DNA of 64,000 bases from a bacterium (GTDB taxonomy: Bacteria; Verrucomicrobiota; Verrucomicrobiia; Limisphaerales; RI-55): assembly GCA_031362805.1 (NCBI GenBank), contig JANLTG010000043.1, forward strand, positions 5,395-69,394. The letters run 5' to 3'. The notes under the pieces are model-generated. The model had not been told where the DNA came from. It was given only the letters and a program-made list of their open reading frames with translations, and searched no databases. Shown piece after piece: positions 51,099-61,285 of this stretch. The first letter of the stretch is position 1. The number at the start of each line of letters is the position of its first letter. Both the position numbers and the translations under genes were made by a program.

Positions 51099-51665
51099 AT
51101 GACTCAGGACGAAGCACTGCAAATCTTTCGCGACACCGGCGCGCTGCTCGACGGTCACTTCTTACTGCGGAGCGGACTGCACAGCCGGCAGTTCTTCCAA
51201 TGCGCGATCGCCCTCCAGCAGATGCCCGCAGTTGAAAAGCTCGGCGCGGCCCTCGCCGACAAAGTCCGCGCCCTCGGCGTCGAGACGGTCGTGGCGCCCG
51301 CCATGGGTGGGTTGGTCATCGGCCAGGAAGTCGCCCGCCAGTTAGGAGTCCGTTTCATTTTTGTGGAGAAGGAAGAGGGCAAGCTGGTGCTGCGGCGCGG
51401 CTTCAAAATTGCCGCCGGGGAAAGGATTCTAATCGTCGAGGATGTCGTGACTAAAGGTGGCCGGGCGCAGGAAGCCATCGACATCGTGCGGGCAAATCAG
51501 GGAACCGTGCTGGGTTTGGCCATGCTGGTCGACCGCTCGAACGGCGCCGTTGATCTGGGAATTCCGCTGTTCCAACTGATTCAATTGAAGGTGGAAACAT
51601 TCGAGCCAGACAAACTGCCGCCGGATCTGGCAGGCACACCCGCGGTGAAGCCCGGCAGCAAGTGA
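51099..51665 (+). CDS. pyrE: Orotate phosphoribosyltransferase
   Basis: The ATG at 51099 begins MTQDEALQIFRDTGALLDGHFLLRSGLHS.... The PRPP motif is ERILIVEDVVTKGGRAQEA. Length is 188 aa. Confidence 0.85.
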   Translation: MTQDEALQIFRDTGALLDGHFLLRSGLHSRQFFQCAIALQQMPAVEKLGAALADKVRALGVETVVAPAMGGLVIGQEVARQLGVRFIFVEKEEGKLVLRRGFKIAAGERILIVEDVVTKGGRAQEAIDIVRANQGTVLGLAMLVDRSNGAVDLGIPLFQLIQLKVETFEPDKLPPDLAGTPAVKPGSK

Positions 51666-51863
51666 TCGGCGGCCGGGACGCAACCCGGCGAGGGGTTCCC
51701 ATGAGCCACGCCCAAACACGCCGGTCAGCTTAGTTACCTTTTTGTAACAATAGTGCGGCATCGACTGTTTGACGGTCCACGAATCAGGACCTAGCCTCCG
51801 CTCCTAAATTGAATGGCGCCGCAGTTACCGTGCGTCCATCCCCGTCTCCGATTGCACCTCAAA

Positions 51864-52955
51864 ATGAAAAGTCTGCCATCCGTTCTGCTGCTGCTCGCGT
51901 TGCTAACAACCTCGTGCAAAGACCCGGGCGATGCCAAGCCCGCCGCCGCGAGAGCGGGTGCATCGGCAACCCAGGTGGTCGCGATTCCAGCCACGGTGCA
52001 ACCCGTCACCGAGTCCCTCTCGCTGGCCGGCACGGTGGTGCCCAACGAATCCGTCGAGATCAAAGCCGAGACCGACGGGATCATCGAGTCGGTGCCGTTC
52101 GACGAAGGTCAACGCGTGCCAAAGGGCCAGGTGCTGGTGCAGTTGGACCAATCGAAGTTCGCCGCCGCCGTCGCGGAATCCGCAGCGGTGCTCAAACTCA
52201 GCCAGTCAAACCACGAGCGCGCCAAGCAACTCCAGACGGACAAGCTCATCTCGCAACAAGAGTTTGACCAGACGGCTTCGATTTTTGCGGTGAACCAGGC
52301 CACCCTGGATTTGAAACGCCGCCAGTTGCAGGACACGCGGGTCATCGCTCCGTTCACGGGGATGGTCGGCGCCCGGCAGATCAGCCCCGGTCAGGTCATC
52401 AGCCGCAACTCCGTGCTGACCTGGCTCGTCGATCTGGACACGGTGAAAGTCGAGTTCGATGTGCCCGAGCGCTACCTTGGCCAAGTTGCCGCCGGCCAAA
52501 AAATTGCCTTCGCGGTTGATGCCTTCCCGGCCGAGCGTTTCGAAGGTGAAGTCTATTTCATTTCCCCGCAATTGGGCGCCGCGCGCGGCACCGCGCTCGT
52601 AAAGGCGCGCATTCCCAATCCCGACCACAAGCTGCGCGGCGGCATGTTCGCGCGGCTCGCCTTGACCCTGCAACTTCGCGCGGCCGCCATCGTTGTTCCC
52701 GAGCCGGCGCTCATGAGCGACGGCGATCGCGTCAGTGTCTTCATCATGGATGAAAACAAGGTCGCTCAGATCCGCCCGGTGAAAGTCGGACTCCGGCTGG
52801 CAGGTCGGGTCGAAATCGTCGCGGGGCTCAAGCCCGGCGAACAGGTCATCGTTGAGGGCATTCAAAAACTCTACCCCGGCGCCACGGTGCAGCAGGGGCC
52901 ACCCGAGTCGCAGGCCCCCTATTTGGATAAACCAACCGGGCAGCCGAAGTCCTGA
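51864..52955 (+). CDS. RND efflux periplasmic adaptor (MFP/HlyD family) lipoprotein
   Basis: The ATG at 51864 gives MKSLPSVLLLLALLTTSCKD (lipobox). Barrel-sandwich and coiled-coil motifs are present (…LDQSKFAAAVAESAAVLKLSQSNHERAKQL…APFTGMVG…). Confidence 0.85.
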   Translation: MKSLPSVLLLLALLTTSCKDPGDAKPAAARAGASATQVVAIPATVQPVTESLSLAGTVVPNESVEIKAETDGIIESVPFDEGQRVPKGQVLVQLDQSKFAAAVAESAAVLKLSQSNHERAKQLQTDKLISQQEFDQTASIFAVNQATLDLKRRQLQDTRVIAPFTGMVGARQISPGQVISRNSVLTWLVDLDTVKVEFDVPERYLGQVAAGQKIAFAVDAFPAERFEGEVYFISPQLGAARGTALVKARIPNPDHKLRGGMFARLALTLQLRAAAIVVPEPALMSDGDRVSVFIMDENKVAQIRPVKVGLRLAGRVEIVAGLKPGEQVIVEGIQKLYPGATVQQGPPESQAPYLDKPTGQPKS

Positions 52956-52980
52956 CGCTTCACCCCCACCGCCTCGCGTT

Positions 52981-55900
52981 ATGTTTCTTTCCCAAGCCAG
53001 CATCAAGCGCCCGATCCTCGCGACGATGATGAATCTCGTGCTGATCCTGTTTGGCGTCATCGGCCTCAGCCGCCTGCCGGTGCGCGAACTGCCCGACATC
53101 GATCCGCCGATTGTCTCCGTCACCACCGTCTATCCCGGGGCCAACTCGCAGGTAGTCGAGACCGAGGTCACCGAGCGGCTCGAGGAAGTCATCAACAACA
53201 TCGAGGGCATAAAGACCCTCCGCAGCACCAGTCGCGAAGGGGTCAGCAGCATCACCATCGAGTTCGATCTCTCCCGTGAAATCGACGTGGCCGCGCAAGA
53301 CGTGCGCGACCGCGTCTCGCGCGTGCGCGGCGCGCTCCCCGACGACATTCTCGAGCCGATCATCGCCAAGCAGGACTCCGATGCGCAGCCCATCATCTGG
53401 GTGGCGCTGAACAGCGACCGCCAGTCGCCACTCGAACTCACAACGCTCGCCGAGCGCCAGATTAAGCCGCGTTTCCAGGGGGTACCCGGCGTTTCCTCGG
53501 TAACCATCGGTGGTGAGAAACGCTACGCAATGCGGCTCTGGCTCGACTCTGAACGCATGGCCGCCCGCCAGGTCACCGTGCTCGATATCCAACGGGCGCT
53601 GCGCCAGCAGAACGTCGAATTGCCCAGCGGCCGGGTCGAGAATCTGGATCGCGAGATGACGATCCAGACTCGGGGCGAGCTGAAGACCGCCGAGGAATTC
53701 AACGAGCTGGTGATCCGCGCCGAGGGCGCCACGATGGTCAAGCTCCGCGACATCGGCCGCGCCGAAACCGGGCCCGAGGACTTCCGCACCATCGCGCGCG
53801 CCCGGGGCAAGCCGTGTATTTTTCTGGGAGTCGTGAAGCAAGCGAAGGCCAACACCGTCTCGGTCGCGAAGGCGATCCGGGCCGAGATCGATAACATCCA
53901 GCCGACGCTCCCGGCCGGCAGCTCGATGTGGGTGGGTTTCGACTCCAGCATCTTCGTCGAAAAGGCGATCAGCGAAGTGTGGGACACGCTGGCGATCGCG
54001 TTCGGCCTCGTGGTGCTGATCATCTTCGTGTTCCTGCGCAATATCCGCTCGACGATCATTCCGGCGGTGGCGATCCCGATCTCCATCGTGGGCACGTTTG
54101 CGGTGCTCTATTTGCTCGGCTACTCGATCAACATCCTGACGATGCTCGCGCTCGTGCTCGCCATCGGTGTGGTGGTGGACGACGCGATCGTCGTGCTCGA
54201 AGCCATCTACCGGCACATCGAAGAAGGCATGAAGCCGTTGCAGGCCGCGTACAAGGCGATGGAAGAAATCAGCTTCGCGGTGATCGCGATCACCATCTCG
54301 CTGGTGGCGGTGTTCGCGCCGCTGGCTTTTCAGAAGAGCCAGACCGGCCAGCTATTTATCGAGTTCGCGGTGGCGGTCTGCGCGTCCGTGATCATCTCGG
54401 CTTTCGTGGCGCTGACCCTCACCCCGGCGATGGCGGCACGGATTCTCAAGCCGGTGGAAGGCGTGAAGCATGGCGCACTGTTCAACTTCTTCGAGACCGC
54501 CTTCAACTGGTTGACGAACCTCTATACACGCGGCCTGCGGGCGTCGCTCCGCCATCGCTGGGTGATGGTCCTAGTCGCGTTCGCCACACTCGGCATCATG
54601 GTCAGCGCCTACACAGCGCTCGATAAGGATTTCCTGCCCCAAGAAGACAAGAGCCGGATGTTCTGCATGGTGATCACGCCCAATGGTTCGACGTCGGAAT
54701 ACACCGACCGCCAGTTGGTCAAGGCCGAGCGGGTCGTGGCCTCGTACCCGGAGGTGGACAGCTACGGCGCGATGGTGGCACCCGGCTTCGGCGGGCCGGG
54801 GCAGGCGACTTTCGGCATCGTCTTCGTCACGTTCAAGGACCGCAGCGAGCGGACGCGTTCCGTACAGGAAATGGTGACGGGTCCAGGCGGCATGCAACAG
54901 CAACTCTTCGCCGAAGTCGAAGGTGGCCTCGCGATGGCGAACCTGCCCAAGTCCATTGAAGTGAGTTTCAACGACGCGCCGTTCGAATTGATTCTCCAGA
55001 ACCAAAACCTCGACGAGCTCGCTAGAACCTCGGGAGCCCTCGCCAACAAGATTCGCGCCCTCACCAACAGCGTTGGCCAACCGCTGCTGCGCAATGTCCG
55101 CGTGAGTTACGAAGTGGACAAACCGGAACTGCGCATCTCCGTCGATCGCGATCGTGCCGCCACCCTGGGCGTCAGCATTGAGGACATTTCGCGCACGTTG
55201 CAGATCATGTTCGGCGGTCTCGACCTCAGCCGCATCAAAGTCGAGGGCAAGGAGTACAAGGTGATCGCGCAACTGGAGCGGCTCAACCGCCTCACGCCGC
55301 AGATGCTTGACGGCATCTTTGTCCGCAACAGCCGGGGCGAAATGATCCAGCTCAGCGCCGTGGTCAGCCGCGAAACCGGTGCCTCCGCCAACGCGATCAA
55401 TCACTACGGCCGCTTGCGCAGCGCGAGCATCACCGGCTCAACCGGCGCTGCACCGATCGGCCTTGTGGTCGAGGTGGCCGAACAACTCCTGACCAAGGAG
55501 CTGCCGGCCGGCTTCCTCTATTCGTGGGGTGGCGACGCCCGCAACTTGAAGGACGCCACCTCGGAGATCTGGTGGGTGCTCGGCCTGGCGATGATCATCG
55601 TTTACATGACGCTGGCCGCGCAATTCGAGAGCTTGGTGCATCCGTTCACCGTGATGCTAGCGTTGCCCCTCGCGGCAGTCGGCGCCTTCGGTGGGCTCTG
55701 GCTGTTGGATCTCGGTGGTGATCTCGGATTTTATCCGCCGATTCCCGCGATGAACGTGAATCTGTTCAGCCAGATCGGTCTGGTGCTGCTGATCGGTCTC
55801 GTAACGAAGAACTCCATTCTGCTCGTCGAGTTCGCCAACCAGCGCGTGGCCGCGGGCGACGAATCGCATCATGCCATGCTCGAAGCCGGCCGCGTGCGTT

Positions 55901-56157
55901 TGCGCCCAATCCTCATGACCGCGTTCTCGACCATCGCGGGCATTCTCCCGATCGCCATCGGCTTCGGTGCCGGCGCGGAAAGCCGCCGCCCGATGGGCGT
56001 GGCGGTGGTCGGCGGGATGTTGACCAGCACTTTCCTCACACTGTTTGTGATTCCCGTCGTCTACACCGTCTTCGCCGATGCTGCCGCTTGGTTGCGCCGC
56101 AAGTTTGGCTCGGCCGCAGCCACGGTCCCCGCGTCGGAACCGTTGCTGGTTAAGTAG
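52981..56157 (+). CDS. RND efflux permease (AcrB/HAE1-like)
   Basis: The ATG at 52981 gives MFLSQASIKRPILATMMNLVLILFGVIGLSRLPVRELPDIDPP. The protein is about 1058 aa with a 12-TM AcrB architecture. No outer-membrane factor gene is in the window. Confidence 0.9.
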   Translation: MFLSQASIKRPILATMMNLVLILFGVIGLSRLPVRELPDIDPPIVSVTTVYPGANSQVVETEVTERLEEVINNIEGIKTLRSTSREGVSSITIEFDLSREIDVAAQDVRDRVSRVRGALPDDILEPIIAKQDSDAQPIIWVALNSDRQSPLELTTLAERQIKPRFQGVPGVSSVTIGGEKRYAMRLWLDSERMAARQVTVLDIQRALRQQNVELPSGRVENLDREMTIQTRGELKTAEEFNELVIRAEGATMVKLRDIGRAETGPEDFRTIARARGKPCIFLGVVKQAKANTVSVAKAIRAEIDNIQPTLPAGSSMWVGFDSSIFVEKAISEVWDTLAIAFGLVVLIIFVFLRNIRSTIIPAVAIPISIVGTFAVLYLLGYSINILTMLALVLAIGVVVDDAIVVLEAIYRHIEEGMKPLQAAYKAMEEISFAVIAITISLVAVFAPLAFQKSQTGQLFIEFAVAVCASVIISAFVALTLTPAMAARILKPVEGVKHGALFNFFETAFNWLTNLYTRGLRASLRHRWVMVLVAFATLGIMVSAYTALDKDFLPQEDKSRMFCMVITPNGSTSEYTDRQLVKAERVVASYPEVDSYGAMVAPGFGGPGQATFGIVFVTFKDRSERTRSVQEMVTGPGGMQQQLFAEVEGGLAMANLPKSIEVSFNDAPFELILQNQNLDELARTSGALANKIRALTNSVGQPLLRNVRVSYEVDKPELRISVDRDRAATLGVSIEDISRTLQIMFGGLDLSRIKVEGKEYKVIAQLERLNRLTPQMLDGIFVRNSRGEMIQLSAVVSRETGASANAINHYGRLRSASITGSTGAAPIGLVVEVAEQLLTKELPAGFLYSWGGDARNLKDATSEIWWVLGLAMIIVYMTLAAQFESLVHPFTVMLALPLAAVGAFGGLWLLDLGGDLGFYPPIPAMNVNLFSQIGLVLLIGLVTKNSILLVEFANQRVAAGDESHHAMLEAGRVRLRPILMTAFSTIAGILPIAIGFGAGAESRRPMGVAVVGGMLTSTFLTLFVIPVVYTVFADAAAWLRRKFGSAAATVPASEPLLVK

Positions 56158-56172
56158 CGGCCCGCAACCTGG

Positions 56173-59100
56173 TCATTTGCCGCCGACGAGCGAGGCTGGC
56201 TGCGCGCGGTAGTAGTGACCTCCAGGGTTGACGGGTTGGCTGAAGAGCAATCGCCGGCTGATGGGTGTGTTGGTCGAGACAGGCGTCCACGTGACGAAGT
56301 TCGAGGTGGTGGACAAAACGTAAGGCCGTTCTGGTTCCCCGAACAGTTCCAATGAAAGCGTGTTGTCATCACGCACCTCCGGCGGCGCCAACCGGGACGC
56401 GCCGTCCAACGAGAGCAAGAGATTGATCGACCCAGCTTCGACCCACGACCAGTTGAGTTCATCGGTAAATGGATCGCGCGATTCCCTATAATAGCCATCC
56501 GCGCGAATGCTGTAGGTGACGCCCTCCGTCGCGCCAAACGTGAGCAGGCTGGTGTAAACCCGCGAGGAGCGATCATCATTATAGGCGACTAGGGTGAGGT
56601 TGTTGACGTCCTGGCCGGTGAAGACTTCGAGTCGGGTGTCAAACGGGCTGCCATCGGTAGTGATCGTCACGTTGCCGGTGCCCGGCGCCGTCCACTGCCA
56701 CCAAACGGATTTGGCCTCCGCCGCCGGCGAGCCGTAGTTCGGCTCTCCCGCCTGCAACGTGGCGCCCAGATTATTTCCCTGATCCAGGGCAAACTCGCCC
56801 GTCAACGTCCGCGGCGTGTAGAAATCGTCGTTGTCCGGCAGCTGGGCGATCGTCAGCTCAATGCTGCCAACCGGTGGTTTGGCGCTGTCCACCACGATGT
56901 GGTAACGCCGGCCCGCCAATGCGGTAAACTGCACCTGGCTGTTGCGGATGATGGCGGGTACTACGTCGTCGTTGGTGGCCTCTTGTACGAGGGAGCCATA
57001 ACCTGGACCACTGTACACCGCCATGTGCGTATCGAAGGAACTGCCGGCGGTCGACATATAGACCGTTCCCGTGTAGTTGGTATTGTTCCATTCCCACCAA
57101 ACGGAGCTGGTGGGGAAAAAGAAGTTGTGGGGAGGTTCGTTGCCCTCACCGGTAGCGCCCAGGTTGTAACCGGACACGGTGAAATCGATGCCCGAGATGG
57201 GTGTCCGATCGGCAAAATTGTCATTGGGAAGACTGGGGTTCAACTGAAGATTGAACTGCAGGTCGCCCTGTTCACCATAGTAACCATCCACAAGAAAGTG
57301 ATAAGTGGTGCCCGACGTTACCTGAAACAAAACCGAGCTCGTAAAGGCACCCGGCACGTCATCGCTGCTGCCGCGCGGCGTCAGCGCATTCACTGCGGTG
57401 CCCGTGTAAACTCCCAGCAGCGTGTCGAACGTACTGCCCTCCGTAGTGGCTATGGCGACACCGGATTGCGGTGCCGTCCAAGACCACCAAACCGAGCTGC
57501 CGCCGACGCCAAAAAGATCAGGTTCACCTGCCTGGGGGGTCGCGTTCAGATTTGAACCCCGGCGCAAAGCGGGCACGCTCGTGATCACTTCCCGGCCAGC
57601 AAACAGGTCGTTCGGCGGAGGGACGGTCACCGTGAACGGCACGCTCGTGCTGGCGGGATTCTTGGTTGGCGCGGTGACGCCAATGTTCAAGGTGAACGTG
57701 CTCACGCCAGCAGGCACCGTCATCGACGCGGAATAGACATTGTCGCCGGCCACCTGATCGGGGGCGATGCCGCCATTCGAAAAAGCCACGCTGCCGCCCG
57801 TCGAAAGCGTTCCGGTAACAACCGCATTATTCACCGCACTCAAGTCCGTGACGCGGACCCGCACGGTGACAGCTGCTCCGGGGTCGACCTGCAAGCCGCC
57901 TTCCGCCGTCACCGTCAGCTCAAGGATGCCGTCCGGTATCGCCGACAAGGCCTTAAAGGCGTTTAGCCTTCCGCCGGTGACCGTCTGACCATTCAAGGCT
58001 GGGATAGCGACAGTACCCGCCAACAACCGCTCACGCACTTCGGCGAGCGTCGCATTGGGAAACGCCGACCAGATAAGCGCGGCCACACCCGACACATGCG
58101 GTGCCGCCATGCTGGTGCCATTAAAAGTCTTGTACTCGCTGTCCGAGCCGCTCGTGCTCGAGAAGATGTCCACCCCGGGTGCCCCCAGATGTACCGTGGC
58201 CACGCCGCGATTGGAGAAGGTCGCCAACTGATCGGCCCGGCTCACGGCCGCCACGGAGATAACGCTGTCCACGTTGTAAGTGGCCGGGTAGGAGGGGAAC
58301 GAATCGTTGTTGTTGGATTCATTGCCAGCCGCAGCAACAAAAAGGATTCCCGCGTTGCGCGCCGCCGTAATCGCATCGAGCAAACTTTGCTCGAAGCCAC
58401 CGCCGCCCCAGCTGTTGTTTAAGATCATCCGCGTCGCAACGGGCAACCGCCCCTTTTCCGCCACCGCAAAATCAATGCATTGAATCGCGGCCCCAGAGCT
58501 GCCGCTACCGTTGGCATCCAGAAACTTGAGTGCCATCAAACGGATGTTCCAAGCGACTCCGACGTGGGAGCCACCGCCGTTGGCCTGGGCGCCGATGGTG
58601 CCGGCACAGTGCGTCCCGTGATCATTGTCGTCCATGGGATCACCGCTGCCGACGATCGCGTTGATGCCATGTACATTGTCCACATAGCCGTCATTGTCGT
58701 CGTCTTGACCGTTGCCAGCGATCTCGTCCGGGTTGACCCACATCTGTGACGCCAGATCTTGGTGGGTGTAACGGATGCCGGAATCAATCACGCCTACGAT
58801 CACATTCGGACTGCCCGTGGTGATATCCCACGCTGCCTGGGCCGAGATGTCCGCGCCCGCCACACCGCCGCTTTGCCCGGTATTCTTCAGGCCCCACAAG
58901 GTGCCGTTACCAAACGAGGCATCGCTGGGTGTCGCCAAGACGGTCACCACGTAATCCGGTTCCACGTAGGCGAACGCGCCGGTCGCTTCGAGCGCCTTGA
59001 TGCGGCGCAGCAATTCCTTGCCGGCGTCCGCGGATTTGCTTGAGCCCGGCACCACGGAATTGGGTCGCGGGATGGGGAGCAGCTCGATGGAAACCAAATC

Positions 59101-59313
59101 CGACACCAGCGAGTACTGGTGAGTCACGCGAGCGCGCTGGCTGTCCAAGGCGCTGGTGCGAGCCCCGGACGCCACGTCGCCCTTGAAGCGGGCCAGCACC
59201 CGGTTGGCGACGGCCTTTTGCTTACCCAACGAAACCGTTTCGTAACCGGCGGCGTACGAGGTGAGGGCCAGAAGCAAGACCAGCAATCCAACCAGATGCG
59301 TGTGGAGTTTCAT
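56173..59313 (-). CDS. Secreted subtilisin-like (S8) serine protease with three C-terminal ~125-aa repeat domains
   Basis: The ATG at 59313 gives MKLHTHLVGLLVLLLALTSYAAG. The catalytic triad motifs are VGVIDSGI, HGTHCAGTIGA and GTSMAAPHVSGVAAL. Three repeats follow, each with ND.F..R......G.N.GAT...GEP.....SVWW.W....G.....T.GS.FDT...V..G. Confidence 0.85.
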   Translation of the reverse strand: MKLHTHLVGLLVLLLALTSYAAGYETVSLGKQKAVANRVLARFKGDVASGARTSALDSQRARVTHQYSLVSDLVSIELLPIPRPNSVVPGSSKSADAGKELLRRIKALEATGAFAYVEPDYVVTVLATPSDASFGNGTLWGLKNTGQSGGVAGADISAQAAWDITTGSPNVIVGVIDSGIRYTHQDLASQMWVNPDEIAGNGQDDDNDGYVDNVHGINAIVGSGDPMDDNDHGTHCAGTIGAQANGGGSHVGVAWNIRLMALKFLDANGSGSSGAAIQCIDFAVAEKGRLPVATRMILNNSWGGGGFEQSLLDAITAARNAGILFVAAAGNESNNNDSFPSYPATYNVDSVISVAAVSRADQLATFSNRGVATVHLGAPGVDIFSSTSGSDSEYKTFNGTSMAAPHVSGVAALIWSAFPNATLAEVRERLLAGTVAIPALNGQTVTGGRLNAFKALSAIPDGILELTVTAEGGLQVDPGAAVTVRVRVTDLSAVNNAVVTGTLSTGGSVAFSNGGIAPDQVAGDNVYSASMTVPAGVSTFTLNIGVTAPTKNPASTSVPFTVTVPPPNDLFAGREVITSVPALRRGSNLNATPQAGEPDLFGVGGSSVWWSWTAPQSGVAIATTEGSTFDTLLGVYTGTAVNALTPRGSSDDVPGAFTSSVLFQVTSGTTYHFLVDGYYGEQGDLQFNLQLNPSLPNDNFADRTPISGIDFTVSGYNLGATGEGNEPPHNFFFPTSSVWWEWNNTNYTGTVYMSTAGSSFDTHMAVYSGPGYGSLVQEATNDDVVPAIIRNSQVQFTALAGRRYHIVVDSAKPPVGSIELTIAQLPDNDDFYTPRTLTGEFALDQGNNLGATLQAGEPNYGSPAAEAKSVWWQWTAPGTGNVTITTDGSPFDTRLEVFTGQDVNNLTLVAYNDDRSSRVYTSLLTFGATEGVTYSIRADGYYRESRDPFTDELNWSWVEAGSINLLLSLDGASRLAPPEVRDDNTLSLELFGEPERPYVLSTTSNFVTWTPVSTNTPISRRLLFSQPVNPGGHYYRAQPASLVGGK

Positions 59314-59445
59314 AAGTGTTTTTCCAACAGGAATGGCGAACCCTAGCGCGCAGTGGCTTTTTTGCAACCCGATCAATCAGGCACCTTCGTCGGTCTGTCC
59401 GCCCGGCTTGCCGAGCTGAAGCGGGACAGCTAAAATCTCCGGCCA

Positions 59446-60267
59446 ATGAATCCCGCCACGCTCCAGGAGCTGTTTCCCGATACCGATTACGGGTTCTCGA
59501 TGCGTATGCGGCCGGGGAACCCCGCGGATTTCTTCGCGCCCACCGCCGAATCTTCCGGCATTCTGCGCGAGCGCCGCTTCTGGCTGGAGCAGGCGCCGAC
59601 GAAGTACAGCGTGCTCGATCCCGACTACGAAGCACTCATCGATTCGTTGCGTCAATTCGCTGACACGGCCCGCAACGACTCTGCGAATTCCCGTGCTGCC
59701 GCTTCGACTCCAGCCGGCCGACTCCGCCAGTTGGGCGGCGAGTGGGAGCCAGATTTCATGATCGTTTCGCCTGATGCTGGCGGTCACTTCGTGCTTCGCG
59801 CCGGCTGCGTTTGTTTTCCATCCGGCTGGTCGCTCGAAGAGAAGCTGGGGCTGCCCATCGAGGAAATTCATGGTGTGGTCCCCGGCTTGAACGCCGCCGT
59901 GGGCGCGAAGATCCATCAATTCCTCACGCGCCTAAAGCCCGGCATCGGCTGGTACCGATCCAATTGGGGCATCAGTTCCTCGGCCAAGTTCAACCAGCAT
60001 CCCAGCCGCGCCATCAATCAGCTGACCAAAGACACGTCGCCCGCCGCAACCTGGCTGCGGATCGAGCATCAAGTGCTGACCAGCTTGCCCGGCTCGAACG
60101 CAATCCTGTTTGGCATCCGACTGGAGAATGTCGCGCTCGCGCAAATAAAGGAAGCTGTCGCGATCCGCGGCGGCCTTCGCCACGCGCTGGCCACGATGCC
60201 CGACCCGATGGCGGCCTACAAAAACCTTATCGCCGTGCGACCGGCGTTGCTGGATTACCTGGGCTGA
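59446..60267 (+). CDS. DUF3445-like protein (heme-dependent oxidative N-demethylase alpha-subunit family)
   Basis: 273 aa. ...FVLRAGCVCFPSGWSLEEKLGLPIEEIHGVVPGLN... resembles the DUF3445 core as recalled. Confidence 0.45.
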   Translation: MNPATLQELFPDTDYGFSMRMRPGNPADFFAPTAESSGILRERRFWLEQAPTKYSVLDPDYEALIDSLRQFADTARNDSANSRAAASTPAGRLRQLGGEWEPDFMIVSPDAGGHFVLRAGCVCFPSGWSLEEKLGLPIEEIHGVVPGLNAAVGAKIHQFLTRLKPGIGWYRSNWGISSSAKFNQHPSRAINQLTKDTSPAATWLRIEHQVLTSLPGSNAILFGIRLENVALAQIKEAVAIRGGLRHALATMPDPMAAYKNLIAVRPALLDYLG

Positions 60268-61285
60268 CGCCGCCGGCATCGTCGAATTGCGGTGCTTCAA
60301 CCTTCGCTGCGGACAGCCGGCGGCGGAGGCCCGGCAGCAAACCTTGCGAAGGACTGAACACCCAAGCGGCGCAGAACAGACCCGCTCCGGCCACCACCAT
60401 TGCGCCCGCCGTCGGGCAATCGAGCCAGATCGCGAGGTGCAACCCGGCGACCGCGCTCAGGGCGGCATGAGCCAGCGTCCACAGAAATATCAGAGGCAGG
60501 CGATGCGTGAGCAACGAGGCCGTCGCGCCGGGCAAGATCAACATCGCGATCACGAGAATTGCACCCACAGCTTCAAACGCACTGACCACCACAACGGACA
60601 GCCAACACATCAGCGCGTAATGCATGAGGCCGGGCTTGATGCCGAGCGACGCTGCGAGCCCGGAGTCAAACGAGCTGACCAGCAGTTCCTTGTAGAAAGC
60701 CAACACCAGCCCGCCCGTCGCCAGGAAGACCAGGCACATCCGCGCCACCGGCCACGGTGCCAATTCGGTGCCGCCCAACTGCACGAACGGATGTGAAGCC
60801 ACCAGACCCACCTCGCCATACAGAACACAGTCAGCATCGAGATCCACCTTGTCGGCGAACACACTGATCAAGATCACTCCGATGGCGAACAGGCTGGAAA
60901 ACGTGATGCCGATGGCCGCGTCCTGTTTGACCCGCGATTTCTTGTGAATCAGTTCAATGAGCAGCGTGGTCACGACACCCGCCGCCAGTGCGCCGATGAA
61001 CATCAGCGTTGGATTGCGCAGATCGTGACTCTCGCCACCCGCGACCGTGCCACCACCCGCCAGGCTGCCGGCGAGAAACGCGATCGCCAGTCCCGGCAAC
61101 ACGCTATGACTGATCGCGTCACCCACCAACGCCATGCGCCGCAGGATCAAGTACACACCCGTCAGGCCGCAGGCTGCCGCCACGAAGAAGCCCATCAACA
61201 CCACCCAGAGAAACACGCGCCAGTCCAAGGTCCACGGCTCAATGAACACGCGTTGAAAATCAAATGGCGGGATGAGTTCGGTCAT
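60227..61285 (-). CDS. Metal ABC transporter permease (ABC-3 family; TroD/YtgD-like)
   Basis: 352 aa and polytopic. Shows ...ALVGDAISHSVLPGLAIAF.... ATGA overlap with the upstream permease gene. Confidence 0.85.
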   Translation of the reverse strand: MTELIPPFDFQRVFIEPWTLDWRVFLWVVLMGFFVAAACGLTGVYLILRRMALVGDAISHSVLPGLAIAFLAGSLAGGGTVAGGESHDLRNPTLMFIGALAAGVVTTLLIELIHKKSRVKQDAAIGITFSSLFAIGVILISVFADKVDLDADCVLYGEVGLVASHPFVQLGGTELAPWPVARMCLVFLATGGLVLAFYKELLVSSFDSGLAASLGIKPGLMHYALMCWLSVVVVSAFEAVGAILVIAMLILPGATASLLTHRLPLIFLWTLAHAALSAVAGLHLAIWLDCPTAGAMVVAGAGLFCAAWVFSPSQGLLPGLRRRLSAAKVEAPQFDDAGGVSPGNPATPVARR

